From assembly GCA_965207225.1 (NCBI GenBank), contig CBDBLV010000002.1, positions 64,001-128,000 on the forward strand: a DNA stretch of 64,000 nucleotides, given 5' to 3'. Shown here in pieces: positions 1 through 9,736 of the stretch. The position numbers and the translations under genes are program-made. Origin of the DNA: Dehalococcoidia bacterium. GTDB taxonomy: Bacteria > Chloroflexota > Dehalococcoidia > Plut-88900. The first letter of the stretch is position 1. Every line of letters starts with the position of its first letter. The notes beneath the pieces are model-generated. The model had not been told where the DNA came from, searched no databases, and saw only the letters and a list, made by a program, of their open reading frames with translations.

Positions 1-169
1 TTCAGCTGAGGTTAAGCGCCATCTTGGGTTGGAAGATTGAAACCTGAGGACGGATCAGGGGTAGCATCAGCAGGTGGTTGACGAAGAATCGTGAGCAGGA
101 AGCTTTGCACCTCGGTGTGCAAAGCTTCCGGAATCACCCTCACCCTCGACGGGGGAGGAGATTAGGCAA

Positions 170-1339
170 TTAGATGCCCCTGTCGGCGACTAGTTTGTGA
201 TAGCCGTACTGGGTGGTGAGGGGCCTGGTGAAGCGGTCGGGTTTGAGTTGTTCGATGTCGGTGGGGAGGGGACGGTCGAAGACTAGGTCGGCGATTATCT
301 TGCCGAGATAGGCGCTGCAGAGGATGCCGGGGAGGGTGACGGCGGCGTAGAGGCCCGACCACCCGGGAATTTCACCTAGGACGGTTATGCCATCGGCGGG
401 ATTGGGTCGGGGGCCGGCGAGGTGTTCGACCAACTTCGCATCTTCAATGAAGGGCATCATGCGGGAGGCGCGTTCCAGGATTCCCTGCCGGGCCTCGGCG
501 GTGGGGATGTTGTCGAACTTGTCTGGCTCGGCCGTAGTGCCGGCGTATATCAGGCCGTTGGCCCTACGGTGCAGATAAATGGGCAACTCTTCGCCGCCCG
601 AGGTCTCGTAGCTGGCGACCCAGTAGGGCCAGTAGTCCTCGTCATCCTTGCGGAGGGTGAGGATTTCGCCCTTCATGGCGCCAACTTCTATAGGAAACTC
701 CGTCCACTCTTTTGCCTTGCCGGTCCATGCACCCATGGCTAGGACAGCTCCATCGCATTCTACGGTACCGACGGAGGACTCGACGCCGGTGACCTTGCCA
801 CCTGACTGGACTATTCCAGTTGCTTCGCCGATTACTACCTCCGCGCCGCGATTCTCGGCGGCCTTGGCATAGGCGAGGGTGGTGCGGTAAGCGTCGAGCT
901 GGCCTGCAGCTTCTTCGAGCATACCACCAAGGATGGGGTCGGCCAGGCGGGGCTCTATGCGACGGATGTCGTCAGCGGTGAGCATGGCCTGGCCGGAGGT
1001 CGGGCCCCATTCCTGCATGTATTCCCAAGTGGGCTGGCTGCGGGCGACCTCCATCCAGGGCATCTCCCGCATCATGATGTCGATGCCGGCCTGCTCGGCG
1101 ACGTCAGGTATGACATACTTGAGGAACCGGACTGCCCGACGCATGAAGTCGGCGTGGAAGGGAGGCTCGATCCAATGGAGGGGAACGCCAAAGGCCCCTG
1201 CCCCGTGGCCCGAGGCGCCGCTGCCCAGGGCATCGCGCTCCAGGATGATGACTTTGGCACTGGCCTCGGCGAGGAAATGTGCGCAGGACGCGCCTACGAT
1301 TCCTCCGCCGATTACTACTATGTCCGCTTTGTGTCGCAA
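170..1339 (-). CDS. FAD-dependent oxidoreductase, DAO/glycine oxidase (ThiO/SoxB-like) family, paralog 1
   Basis: N-terminal VVIGGGIVG dinucleotide-binding motif, GASGHGAG, VLAMGAW, GPRP. TTG start after an AGGAG RBS. Confidence 0.88.
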   Translation of the reverse strand: MRHKADIVVIGGGIVGASCAHFLAEASAKVIILERDALGSGASGHGAGAFGVPLHWIEPPFHADFMRRAVRFLKYVIPDVAEQAGIDIMMREMPWMEVARSQPTWEYMQEWGPTSGQAMLTADDIRRIEPRLADPILGGMLEEAAGQLDAYRTTLAYAKAAENRGAEVVIGEATGIVQSGGKVTGVESSVGTVECDGAVLAMGAWTGKAKEWTEFPIEVGAMKGEILTLRKDDEDYWPYWVASYETSGGEELPIYLHRRANGLIYAGTTAEPDKFDNIPTAEARQGILERASRMMPFIEDAKLVEHLAGPRPNPADGITVLGEIPGWSGLYAAVTLPGILCSAYLGKIIADLVFDRPLPTDIEQLKPDRFTRPLTTQYGYHKLVADRGI

Positions 1340-1849
1340 TTTGGGCTCCTTGTTGATTGCGGTCTGATTTTTTTGACCCTTATTCCTGCGTTATTCCAGC
1401 ATTTAATTTTGGGGATTATATACCTGTATACCACTAAACTAACGACAGGCGGGCCGATAGGGCTGGGTTTTGCAAGCCGGGACAAAACGCAACCGATTAG
1501 TCCTCTCCCATGACGCTTAATCTACCTCTTGGACTCCATGGATAAACGGGGAGGCCATCAGTATCCTCACGTCCTCGTTGGTAAGGAGCATATCGGGGTA
1601 GTCATAGACAAACCCGGTTGCCATCAAAGCATTCCAATCACAGGAGTCCAGATCTTCATTGCAGCATGGCGGATGTGGCAAGGCAAGAGTGTAGCCTATT
1701 TGATGGGCAAAGCCACCAAGATAGCCCCATTTGTCCCGATCATGCCCACATAGAATAGTCCGTCAACGAGGGCCTCTGGATCCGAAGTGTGGAGAATGGT
1801 CACTCCGACCCCCGCGCCCCAACCCCAACTGCATGGAGACGTTTAGGGT

Positions 1850-3022
1850 TTAGATTCCTCTGTTGGCGGCCAGTTTATGGTAGCCGTACTGGGTTGTGTG
1901 AGGTTTGGTGAAGCGGTCGGGTTTGAGTTGCTCTATGTCGCAGGGAAGTGGACGGTCGAATACTAGGTCGGCGATTATTTTACCCAGGTAGGCGCTGCAG
2001 AGGATGCCAGGCAGGGTGACGGCCGCGAACAATCCTTGCCAGCCAGGGACAGCACCGAGAACGGTGATGCCGTCGGAGGGGTTGGGGCGGGGGCCCGCCA
2101 GGTGCTCCACAAGCTCTGCGTCTTCTATGCAGGGCATCATGCGGGAAACGCGCCCGAGGATGGCCTGGCGGCCCTCGGCGGTGGGTATGTTGTCGAACTT
2201 GCCGGGCTCTATGGTGGCGCCGGCATAGATGAGGCCGTTGGCTCGGCGGTGCAGGTGGACGGGGAGCTCTTCCCCGTCTTCGGAGGTCTCGAAACTGGCG
2301 ACCCAATAAGGCCAATAGTCTTCATCATCTTTGCGAAGGGTGAGGAGGTCGCCCTTCATACCATCAATTTCAAGGGGGAAACCGGTCCACTCCTTGGCCT
2401 TGCCGGTCCAGGCACCCATGGCAAGGACTGCACCATCACACTCTATGGTTCCCACAGAGGACTCTACTCCGGTAATTCTGCCTCCACTTTGAGAAAGGCC
2501 GATGGCTTCGCCTATGACGACCTCTGCGCCACGGTTCTCGGCGACCTTGGCGTAGGCGAGAGTGGTCCGGTAGGCGTCGAGCTGTCCGGCGCCCTCCTCC
2601 AGTATTCCTCCAAGTATGGGTTCGGCGATGCGGGGTTCGATGCGGTGAATGTCTTCAGGCGTGACCATGACATGGCCGGATTTAGGGCCCTGTTCGAGCA
2701 TGTAGTCCCAGGTGGGCTGGGTTCGTGCGACCTCCAGCCAGGGCATCTCCCGCATCATGATATCGATGCCTGCCTGTTCAGCTATGTCGGGAACGATGTA
2801 TTTGAGGAACCGGACGGAGCGGCGCATGAAATCGGCGTGGAACTGGGGCTCGACGTAGTGAAGAGGGAGAGTGAAGGCTCCGGCCCCGTGACCCGAGGCC
2901 CCGCTGCCGAGGGCGTCGCGCTCCAGGACGATGACCTTGGCGCCCGCCTCGGTGAGGAAGTAGGCGCAGGCTGTGCCTACGATGCCGCCGCCGATTACTA
3001 CGATGTCTGCTTTATGCGGCAA
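1850..3022 (-). CDS. FAD-dependent oxidoreductase, DAO/glycine oxidase family, paralog 2
   Basis: Same motifs and colinear with 170-1339, with long identical stretches. Same AGGAGCCCAAA-TTG start context. Confidence 0.88.
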   Translation of the reverse strand: MPHKADIVVIGGGIVGTACAYFLTEAGAKVIVLERDALGSGASGHGAGAFTLPLHYVEPQFHADFMRRSVRFLKYIVPDIAEQAGIDIMMREMPWLEVARTQPTWDYMLEQGPKSGHVMVTPEDIHRIEPRIAEPILGGILEEGAGQLDAYRTTLAYAKVAENRGAEVVIGEAIGLSQSGGRITGVESSVGTIECDGAVLAMGAWTGKAKEWTGFPLEIDGMKGDLLTLRKDDEDYWPYWVASFETSEDGEELPVHLHRRANGLIYAGATIEPGKFDNIPTAEGRQAILGRVSRMMPCIEDAELVEHLAGPRPNPSDGITVLGAVPGWQGLFAAVTLPGILCSAYLGKIIADLVFDRPLPCDIEQLKPDRFTKPHTTQYGYHKLAANRGI

Positions 3023-3054
3023 TTTGGGCTCCTTTTGTGTGAGCGGTCAGCTAT

Positions 3055-3195
3055 TGTTCACCCTCACCCCAACCCTCTCCCATCAAGTAAGAGGGGTAGG
3101 CTCTCCCCACCCATTCCGTTCTCGAGGCTCTTCGACTCGGCCCAGGGAGAGCGGAATGCCATGCCCCAGATTCCTCGCGGGGCATCGGAATGACA
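3055..3195. repeat. Cluster of REP-like intergenic palindromic repeats
   Basis: CCCTCACCCCAACCCTCTCCC..GAGGGG, TTCGACTCGGCCCAGGGAGAGCGG and AGATTCCTCGCGGGGCATCGGAATGAC. 3131-3160 matches the reverse complement of 11091-11120 at 27/30 nt. Confidence 0.6.
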
Positions 3196-3202
3196 TCGGA
3201 AG

Positions 3203-4360
3203 TTATACCGAGAGGGAGTAGAGTTTGGCGCAGTTGTCCCACATCACTTTCTTTTTGGCTTCTTCGCTGAGGGGGAGCTTCAGGAAGCTGTCGGTGGCGA
3301 AGGGGTAGATGGAGTCGGGGTGGGGGTAGTCGGTGGAGAAGACGAAGTTGTCGGTGCCGACCCAGTCTATGGCGTACTTGGAGGGTTCCTCGTCTGGGTC
3401 TATGACTGCATAGCACTGGCGCTTGAAATACTCGCTGGGGGCCATAGAGAGGTATTTGGAGGCCTGCTCCTGACGGTGTTCGTAGTGCTCGTCCATGCGC
3501 CAGAGCCAGAAGGGAAGCCAACCGGCGTTACATTCCAGGTGCGCAACCCTGATCCCGGGGAACTTCTCCAGGACGCCGCCGGCGCACATGCAGAGGGCAG
3601 CGTACATCTGCTCAACGGGGTGGCAGGCTACGTGGCCCATGGTCCAGATGCGGTCGGGTTCGTCGTAGAAGCGGTCGGCGATGGCCTGGGGGAGATTACA
3701 CTTGAAGGTCTCGTGGAAGGTGACAGCCATGTCCAGCTCCTGGCAGACGGCCCAGAGCCTGTCATACTCGTCGCTGTGCCAGTTGCGGCCCCTGATGGGG
3801 TTGGGGTGGAGGTAGATGCCGACGAAATCCAGCTCCTCGCGGGTACGGCGGATCTCGGCGACGGCGTTGTCGATGTTGGAGACGAGGATCATGGCGATGC
3901 CCTTGAGCCGGGAGGGACTTTCGGAGCAGAAGTCGGCGAGCCAGTTGTTGTAGGCCTTGGCTACGGCGTCCGCGAAGGGTTCATCTTCGTAGTCAACGCC
4001 AGCGACGACCATGCCCCGGGATGGATACAGGTTGGCAACATCAAGCCCCTCGACCTCCATGGCGTTGACCTGGGAGACGGGGTCGAAGCGGCTGTCTATG
4101 GCCTCCTGCATGTATTTGTTGCTGCGGGAGTGGGAGATGTTGAGTCGGGCTTTTTCCTCCTCATGCTCAAGGTGTTTCTGGTTGGAGAGGAAAGCGCCTA
4201 GGATGTCCCCTTCGATGGTGGTGTTCATATCGACGGGATCTTTGCTGGTGCCGACGGGCGCCCGGTCCTTGTAGACGGGATCGATGTAGTTTAGCCAGAG
4301 GTCCCAAGGCTCGTGGGTGTGCATGTCACTGTCCATGACTTTGAAACCGTTCTTTGCCAT
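3203..4360 (-). CDS. Amidohydrolase family protein (Amidohydro_2), paralog 1
   Basis: DSDMH metal-binding start, FHE, LECNAGWLPFWLWRMDEH, FSTDYPHPDS. Confidence 0.9.
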   Translation of the reverse strand: MAKNGFKVMDSDMHTHEPWDLWLNYIDPVYKDRAPVGTSKDPVDMNTTIEGDILGAFLSNQKHLEHEEEKARLNISHSRSNKYMQEAIDSRFDPVSQVNAMEVEGLDVANLYPSRGMVVAGVDYEDEPFADAVAKAYNNWLADFCSESPSRLKGIAMILVSNIDNAVAEIRRTREELDFVGIYLHPNPIRGRNWHSDEYDRLWAVCQELDMAVTFHETFKCNLPQAIADRFYDEPDRIWTMGHVACHPVEQMYAALCMCAGGVLEKFPGIRVAHLECNAGWLPFWLWRMDEHYEHRQEQASKYLSMAPSEYFKRQCYAVIDPDEEPSKYAIDWVGTDNFVFSTDYPHPDSIYPFATDSFLKLPLSEEAKKKVMWDNCAKLYSLSV

Positions 4361-4376
4361 TGGGGGCTCCTTTCAG

Positions 4377-5534
4377 CTAGTTGGCGATGCCATATAGCCT
4401 GGCGCAGTTGTCCCAGAGGACTTTCCTCTTGGACTCTTCAGATAAGGGGAGATTCAGAAATTCGTCGGTGGCGAAGGGGTATTTGCCGTCGGCGTGGGGG
4501 TAGTCGGTGGAGAAGACGAAATTGTCGTCGCCAATCCAGTCTACGGCGTACTTGGCGGGGCCTTCGTCAGGGTCGATTGCGAGGTAGCACTGGCGCTTGA
4601 AGGTCTCGCTGGGGAGCACCGACTGGTAGCGGGAGGCCTGTTCCTGGCGGTGCTCGTAGTGCTCGTCCATGCGCCAGAGCCAGAATGGGAGCCATCCGGT
4701 GTTGCATTCGAGGAAGGCGACGCGGAGTTCGGTATATTTGTCCAGGATGCCACCCGCGCAGAAGCAGAGGCAGGCGTACATCTGCTCAATGGGATGGCAG
4801 GCTACGTGTCCCATGGTCCAGATGTGGTCCGGTTCGTTATAGAAGCGGTCGGCGATGGCCTGGGGAAGGCTGCACTTGAAGGTCTCGTGGAAAGTTACAG
4901 GGACGTCGAGGTCCTGGCACTCCTGCCATAGCGGGTCGTAGACGGGGTTGTGCCAGTTGCGGCCCTGCACGGGATTCGGGTGTAGGTAGGCAGAGAGGAA
5001 GCCCATTTCGTTGTGGGTGCGTCGCACTTCGGTGACGGCCTCTTCAACGTCGGTGGCGAGCACCATGGCGGCGGCACGCATCTTGTTCGGGTCTTCGCTG
5101 CAGAAGTCGTGAATCCAATCGTTGTAGGCCCGGGCCACGGCGCCCGCGTACCGTCCGTCCTGGTAAGGCACACCTGCAACTGACATGCCTCGGGTGGGGA
5201 AGATAATGGCGAGGTCGAGCCCTTCGGTGTCCATGGCCTGAAGCTGGGACACGGGGTCGAAGCCCCGGTCTATGGCGGGCTTCAGGTACTTGTTCCCGTG
5301 CTCGGCCTCTACCTTGCGGCGGCTTGTTTCCTCTTCGTTGCTTTGGATGTCGGCATCAGCGAGAAAGGCAGCGATGGGCTTTCCCTGAATGGCCATGTTC
5401 ATGACCAACTGGTCTTTGGTCATTCCGACGGGCGCGAGGTCACGGTACTCGGGGTCGATGTTGTTCAGCCACACATCCCAGGTCTCGTTGACGTGCATGT
5501 CGCTGTCCATGACCTTGAAGCCGTTTTTGGTCAT
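4377..5534 (-). CDS. Amidohydrolase family protein (Amidohydro_2), paralog 2
   Basis: Same motifs. Start set at MTKNGFKVMDSDMH (5534) by alignment to the paralog. Confidence 0.88.
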   Translation of the reverse strand: MTKNGFKVMDSDMHVNETWDVWLNNIDPEYRDLAPVGMTKDQLVMNMAIQGKPIAAFLADADIQSNEEETSRRKVEAEHGNKYLKPAIDRGFDPVSQLQAMDTEGLDLAIIFPTRGMSVAGVPYQDGRYAGAVARAYNDWIHDFCSEDPNKMRAAAMVLATDVEEAVTEVRRTHNEMGFLSAYLHPNPVQGRNWHNPVYDPLWQECQDLDVPVTFHETFKCSLPQAIADRFYNEPDHIWTMGHVACHPIEQMYACLCFCAGGILDKYTELRVAFLECNTGWLPFWLWRMDEHYEHRQEQASRYQSVLPSETFKRQCYLAIDPDEGPAKYAVDWIGDDNFVFSTDYPHADGKYPFATDEFLNLPLSEESKRKVLWDNCARLYGIAN

Positions 5535-5657
5535 AGGTGAGTCCTTTCGGTGTGGTCGAGGTCTCGGGGGGCTGAATGGAGCCATGATACTCCGAGGGTT
5601 GGGAGGTAATCAAACCTGCGTCAAACGGTCGTTGACCGCCACCCGACGAATGCTAAA

Positions 5658-6032
5658 ATGAGCACAACGCCACAGCGGGAGAGCAGCCTGGAGACCCTCG
5701 AACAGGCAAGAAAAATCACCGAAATCGCTTCAGAGAGGCAGGCAGCCGATGTCCTGCTTCTGGACGTCGCCGAAATCTGCGGCTTCGCCGACTACTTCGT
5801 GATTATGAGCTCCCTCACCCCCCGCCACACCGAGGCCCTCCGCCAGGAAATAGAGTCGGGCCTCAAGGACTCCGACATGCCTATGCTTCACCGTGAAGGC
5901 TCTGCAGGTTCCGGCTGGGTCCTCCTTGACTACGGAGACATAGTCGTCCACATCTTCTCCGCCGCAGAGCGAGAGTATTACAGGCTGGAGAGCCTCTGGC
6001 AGCAGGGCAACACCATAGTCCGCATCCAGTAG
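5658..6032 (+). CDS. rsfS: Ribosome silencing factor RsfS (Iojap)
   Basis: ADYFVI, REG..SGWVLLDYGDIVVHIF...REYYRLESLW signature. Confidence 0.95.
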   Translation: MSTTPQRESSLETLEQARKITEIASERQAADVLLLDVAEICGFADYFVIMSSLTPRHTEALRQEIESGLKDSDMPMLHREGSAGSGWVLLDYGDIVVHIFSAAEREYYRLESLWQQGNTIVRIQ

Positions 6033-6039
6033 CCCTCCG

Positions 6040-6495
6040 CTACTCCAATATCCACGGCTCCACGTTTCGCTCGTAGTCGATTAGTTCCCCGTCCTCGAAG
6101 AACAGCGCCAGCTCCGACTCCGCGTTCTCCGACGAGTCCGACCCGTGCACCAAGTTCCGGCCAATGTCCAGCCCGAAGTCCCCGCGAATCGTCCCCGGAG
6201 CTGCCTTCTTGGGGTCCGTGACGCCCATCATATTCCGGACCACCTCCACAGCCTGAGGCCCTTCCAGCGCTATCGCCACTATCGGACTCGACGTTATGAA
6301 GTTCACCAGCCCCTCGAAGAACGGCTTCCCCTCGTGCACCCCGTAGTGCCGACCCGCCAGCGCCCGGTCCATGTGGACCATCTTCATCCCCACTATCTTC
6401 AACCCCTTCGCCTCGAACCGCGCAATCACCTGCCCGGATAGCCCCCTCTGAACGGCATCGGGCTTCAGCAATACCAGAGTTCTTTCAGTGCTCAT
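6040..6495 (-). CDS. ndk: Nucleoside-diphosphate kinase
   Basis: ERTLVLLKPDAVQRGL, PGTIRGDFG, NLVHGSDS. Confidence 0.97.
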   Translation of the reverse strand: MSTERTLVLLKPDAVQRGLSGQVIARFEAKGLKIVGMKMVHMDRALAGRHYGVHEGKPFFEGLVNFITSSPIVAIALEGPQAVEVVRNMMGVTDPKKAAPGTIRGDFGLDIGRNLVHGSDSSENAESELALFFEDGELIDYERNVEPWILE

Positions 6496-6602
6496 ACATT
6501 CGACGCGCCGCCCGAAGTCGACGCAGTCCTCCTTTTCAGTGGTTTACCTCTCGAATTTTGGTCATCGTAGTTACAGCCGGGCTTATGTTAGCAGACGGGC
6601 CC

Positions 6603-7292
6603 TCATCCCCCTGGCGGCCGAGTCGACTTCGTGATCGACGGCCGGCGTATATACAGCGGTTGCAGCGTCACCGGGTCATCAGCCTCTCCGCCTCCGATCT
6701 TCCGGATGCCTATCTCACCCATAGCCACAACCCGGGACGCTCGCCCCACCCCCGCGGGTACCAACCCCCGCCCCCCTAGCCTTTCCCTTATCTCCGACTC
6801 CATCTCGTCCGTTATCGGCCCACAGAAAATCGTCGCCTCACGAACGGAGTCGGCCAGGTCCTCGATAGTGGTCAGGTGCTCATCAACCGTCTTTTCCATC
6901 TCAGACCCATTCGCCCCGTACATCGCCGCCGCCACCTCCCCCCTCCCCACCGGCATCAGGGCGCAGACCGGCGCCCCCAGCCCCATCATCGGGTACGCAA
7001 CAGCATCCAGCGTGTGCACGGCGACCAGCGGCGCACCGGTGCCCACGGCCAATCCCTTGGCCGTAGTCATCCCCACCCTCAGCCCAGAGAAGCCGCCCGG
7101 ACCCAGGCTAACCACGATGCCCCCCAGGTCGTTCAAGGCTATGCCAGCCTTGTCCAGGAGGTGTCGGATGGCTGGCACCAGTTCCTTCGTATGGTTTTGC
7201 CGCGTGCGCCAGTGGAATTGACCGGCCACCCCCGCATCATCCATCAAAGCTACACCCAGGTCCCTCGTCGCCGTGTCAACTACCAGGTACAA
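6603..7292 (-). CDS. tsaB: tRNA threonylcarbamoyladenosine biosynthesis protein TsaB
   Basis: DTAT, NHTKEL, GPGGFSGLRVG, PLYIR. Lies next to tsaE. Confidence 0.93.
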   Translation of the reverse strand: MYLVVDTATRDLGVALMDDAGVAGQFHWRTRQNHTKELVPAIRHLLDKAGIALNDLGGIVVSLGPGGFSGLRVGMTTAKGLAVGTGAPLVAVHTLDAVAYPMMGLGAPVCALMPVGRGEVAAAMYGANGSEMEKTVDEHLTTIEDLADSVREATIFCGPITDEMESEIRERLGGRGLVPAGVGRASRVVAMGEIGIRKIGGGEADDPVTLQPLYIRRPSITKSTRPPGG

Positions 7293-7820
7293 CTACGCCT
7301 CCCTGCATGGATGGTTGTCCTGATCGACTGCTTCCCTCAACTTCCCAAGCAGCGCCTCGTGCTTGTGACCACCGGCACTCAACTCTACAACCCGCTCCTC
7401 CGCACCCGTGACGCTGAAGACTACTCTCAGGTGATCTTCCGGGAATATGGAATCTGCCTTCTCTGCCCACTCAACTACGCATACCCCGCCATTGCCGTAT
7501 GTTTCGTCCAGTCCCAAGTCTTCGGCCTCCAGAGGGTCGTCGACCCGATACAGATCGGCGTGAAAAAGGGTGTGCCTCCCCTCGTATTCGGAGACCAGCA
7601 CGAAGGTCGGGCTGCGGGCATGCTCGTTGACACCCAGGCCCCAAGCTATCCCCTGGGTCATGCATGTCTTCCCTGCCCCCAGGTCGCCCGACATGAGTAC
7701 CAGTTCGCCTCCCCCCATCACCTCCCCAAGCCGTCGACCCAGCGCCTGCGTTTCTTCCGGCCCATGTGTCGTAATTATCAATTTCTTTAAGTCGCTCACC
7801 GGCTCGAAAAATGCTCCCAT
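7293..7820 (-). CDS. tsaE: t6A biosynthesis ATPase TsaE (true start may be slightly downstream)
   Basis: GDLGAGKT, SPTFVLV, HADLYR, VVEWA. Confidence 0.93.
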   Translation of the reverse strand: MGAFFEPVSDLKKLIITTHGPEETQALGRRLGEVMGGGELVLMSGDLGAGKTCMTQGIAWGLGVNEHARSPTFVLVSEYEGRHTLFHADLYRVDDPLEAEDLGLDETYGNGGVCVVEWAEKADSIFPEDHLRVVFSVTGAEERVVELSAGGHKHEALLGKLREAVDQDNHPCREA

Positions 7821-8797
7821 CCGGAATTCGGTGCATCAATCGGCACGCCAATTTCATCCAACAGGATAACCGACCCGGCATCGCCTCCAATCATTTCTCC
7901 TATGATAGTCAGCCGAGTCTCCATCTCCCCCGAGGCCCTCTCCAACACCTCCCGAGGCCCCGCCACCAGCAGTTCATAGTCCTCCCCGGCGGTCAACGCC
8001 AGCCCCACGGCCTCAGGCCCGAAGGTCACCTTCACGTCGGTGGAAATAGGCAAATCATCCACTGACACCCGCGCCGTCAACCCGCTCATCCCGCACATCT
8101 TCGGCAGGTCCGACATAAGCCCGTCACTCAGGTCCATCGCCGCCCTCACCCCGGCCGCGAGCAGCGTCTGACCCTCTGTCACCCGTGGCACGGGCCTGTT
8201 GTGCGCCCCCTTCAACCTCTGTCCCACATCGCTGGGGACCTCAATCCCTTCATTCAACACTCTGAACCCGCCCCCCGAGCTCCCCAGCCACCCCGTCACC
8301 GCTATCAGGTCGCCCACCCTGGCAGCATCTCGCCGCAGATAACACCCCTGCCCCGGGGCCTCGCCAATCACAGCGACGTTTATCATCATGCATGGCCCCC
8401 CGACCATATCGCCCCCAACCACCCTGCACCCTAACTCATCCCCGATCTCCTTCATCCCTCGGTACAGTTCGGCCACATCTTCCACGTCGGTATCGGGGTT
8501 CAGCCCTAATGAGACCAGGGCATACCTGGGCACCCCCCCCATAGCCGCAATGTCGCTCAAATTGATAGCCAGCGCCTTCCAACCCAGCTCCCGACACGAA
8601 GTTGTTTCCAACCGAAAGTGTACGTTCTGTACCATCGTGTCCGTCGTAGCCAGCTCGACCCCCGACCCCGTCCGCCAGGCCGCCGTGTCGTCCCCGATGT
8701 CCAGCAGCACCCCATCCCCCTCACCCGGCGCCCCTGCACCTACTACATCGGCGATCATTTCCACTAGGCCAAACTCCCCCATCTCCGAAATCTTCAT
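7796..8797 (-). CDS. thiL: Thiamine-monophosphate kinase
   Basis: GEFGL, IGDDTA, NLSDIAAMGG, DLSDGL, GEDYEL. Confidence 0.95.
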   Translation of the reverse strand: MKISEMGEFGLVEMIADVVGAGAPGEGDGVLLDIGDDTAAWRTGSGVELATTDTMVQNVHFRLETTSCRELGWKALAINLSDIAAMGGVPRYALVSLGLNPDTDVEDVAELYRGMKEIGDELGCRVVGGDMVGGPCMMINVAVIGEAPGQGCYLRRDAARVGDLIAVTGWLGSSGGGFRVLNEGIEVPSDVGQRLKGAHNRPVPRVTEGQTLLAAGVRAAMDLSDGLMSDLPKMCGMSGLTARVSVDDLPISTDVKVTFGPEAVGLALTAGEDYELLVAGPREVLERASGEMETRLTIIGEMIGGDAGSVILLDEIGVPIDAPNSGWEHFSSR

Positions 8798-8909
8798 GCC
8801 GAAAATTATAATCGGAATTTCTAGGGGCTAATATGAGACCGTCACCTGTGGCGCCCCGACACCCCGCTTGCTATAGTTGAACCCCCGGTAAATCCGGGGC
8901 CCGAAACCC

Positions 8910-9647
8910 ATGCGCTCCCTAATCCTCGCCGACATCCACGCCAATCTCGAGGCCTTTCACGCCGTCCTCAACGACGCCCATTCCCGCGGCCCCGTCGACC
9001 AACTTTGGTCCCTCGGCGACATCGTCGGCTACGGCCCCAACCCCGCCGAAGTCATAGATCTCCTCAGGCAGCACGATCACGTCTCCGTGGCCGGAAATCA
9101 CGACTGGGCCGCCATCGGCAAGATCGACACCCGGGACTTCAACCCCTACGCCCGCGCCGCCGCCCAATGGACTCAGTCACACCTCTCCAAAGAGCATGCC
9201 GACTACCTGGACAGCCTTCCCCTAACCATCGAAAGAGGTGATTTCACCTTAGTCCACGGCACCCCCCGAGACCCGATCTGGGAATACCTGGTCAGCCAGA
9301 CCTCGGCCCTCGCCAGCCTCGAACACCTGCAGACCGGTCACTGCCTCGTCGGACATTCCCACATCCCATTCTTATGCCGCGTCGACCCCGACGCCCTCAC
9401 CTGCGAGTTCCTGGAATTCCCCACCGGCGTGCCCATCGAGTTGGACAAGGGCCCGCTCTTCATCAACCCCGGAGGCGTCGGCCAGCCCCGAGACCACGAC
9501 CCCACTTCCAACTACGCCATCTACGACAGCGACATCAACTCCATCTGTCACTACCGCGTCCCCTACGACATTCCTGCAACCCAGGAAAAGATGCGCCGGG
9601 CCAACCTCCCCGAGCCCCTCGTCACCCGCCTGAGCCGGGGCGTCTAG
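8910..9647 (+). CDS. Metallophosphoesterase family protein
   Basis: DIHAN, LGDIVGYGP, GNHD, HG, GHSH, NPGGVGQPRD. Confidence 0.92.
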   Translation: MRSLILADIHANLEAFHAVLNDAHSRGPVDQLWSLGDIVGYGPNPAEVIDLLRQHDHVSVAGNHDWAAIGKIDTRDFNPYARAAAQWTQSHLSKEHADYLDSLPLTIERGDFTLVHGTPRDPIWEYLVSQTSALASLEHLQTGHCLVGHSHIPFLCRVDPDALTCEFLEFPTGVPIELDKGPLFINPGGVGQPRDHDPTSNYAIYDSDINSICHYRVPYDIPATQEKMRRANLPEPLVTRLSRGV

Positions 9648-9736
9648 CCCACCCCGTTTCCCGTTGTGGCAGCCCTTGTCGGTTGCTATAATCCGCCCAT
9701 CACCCCAAAGCCCCCGCCCCGGGGCAGGAGGTTCCA

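Noticed and set aside
1340-1849. AT-richer spacer with a 74-aa ORF (1529-1753)
   Set aside because: No recognisable motif, RBS or RNA structure, so a feature cannot be supported.
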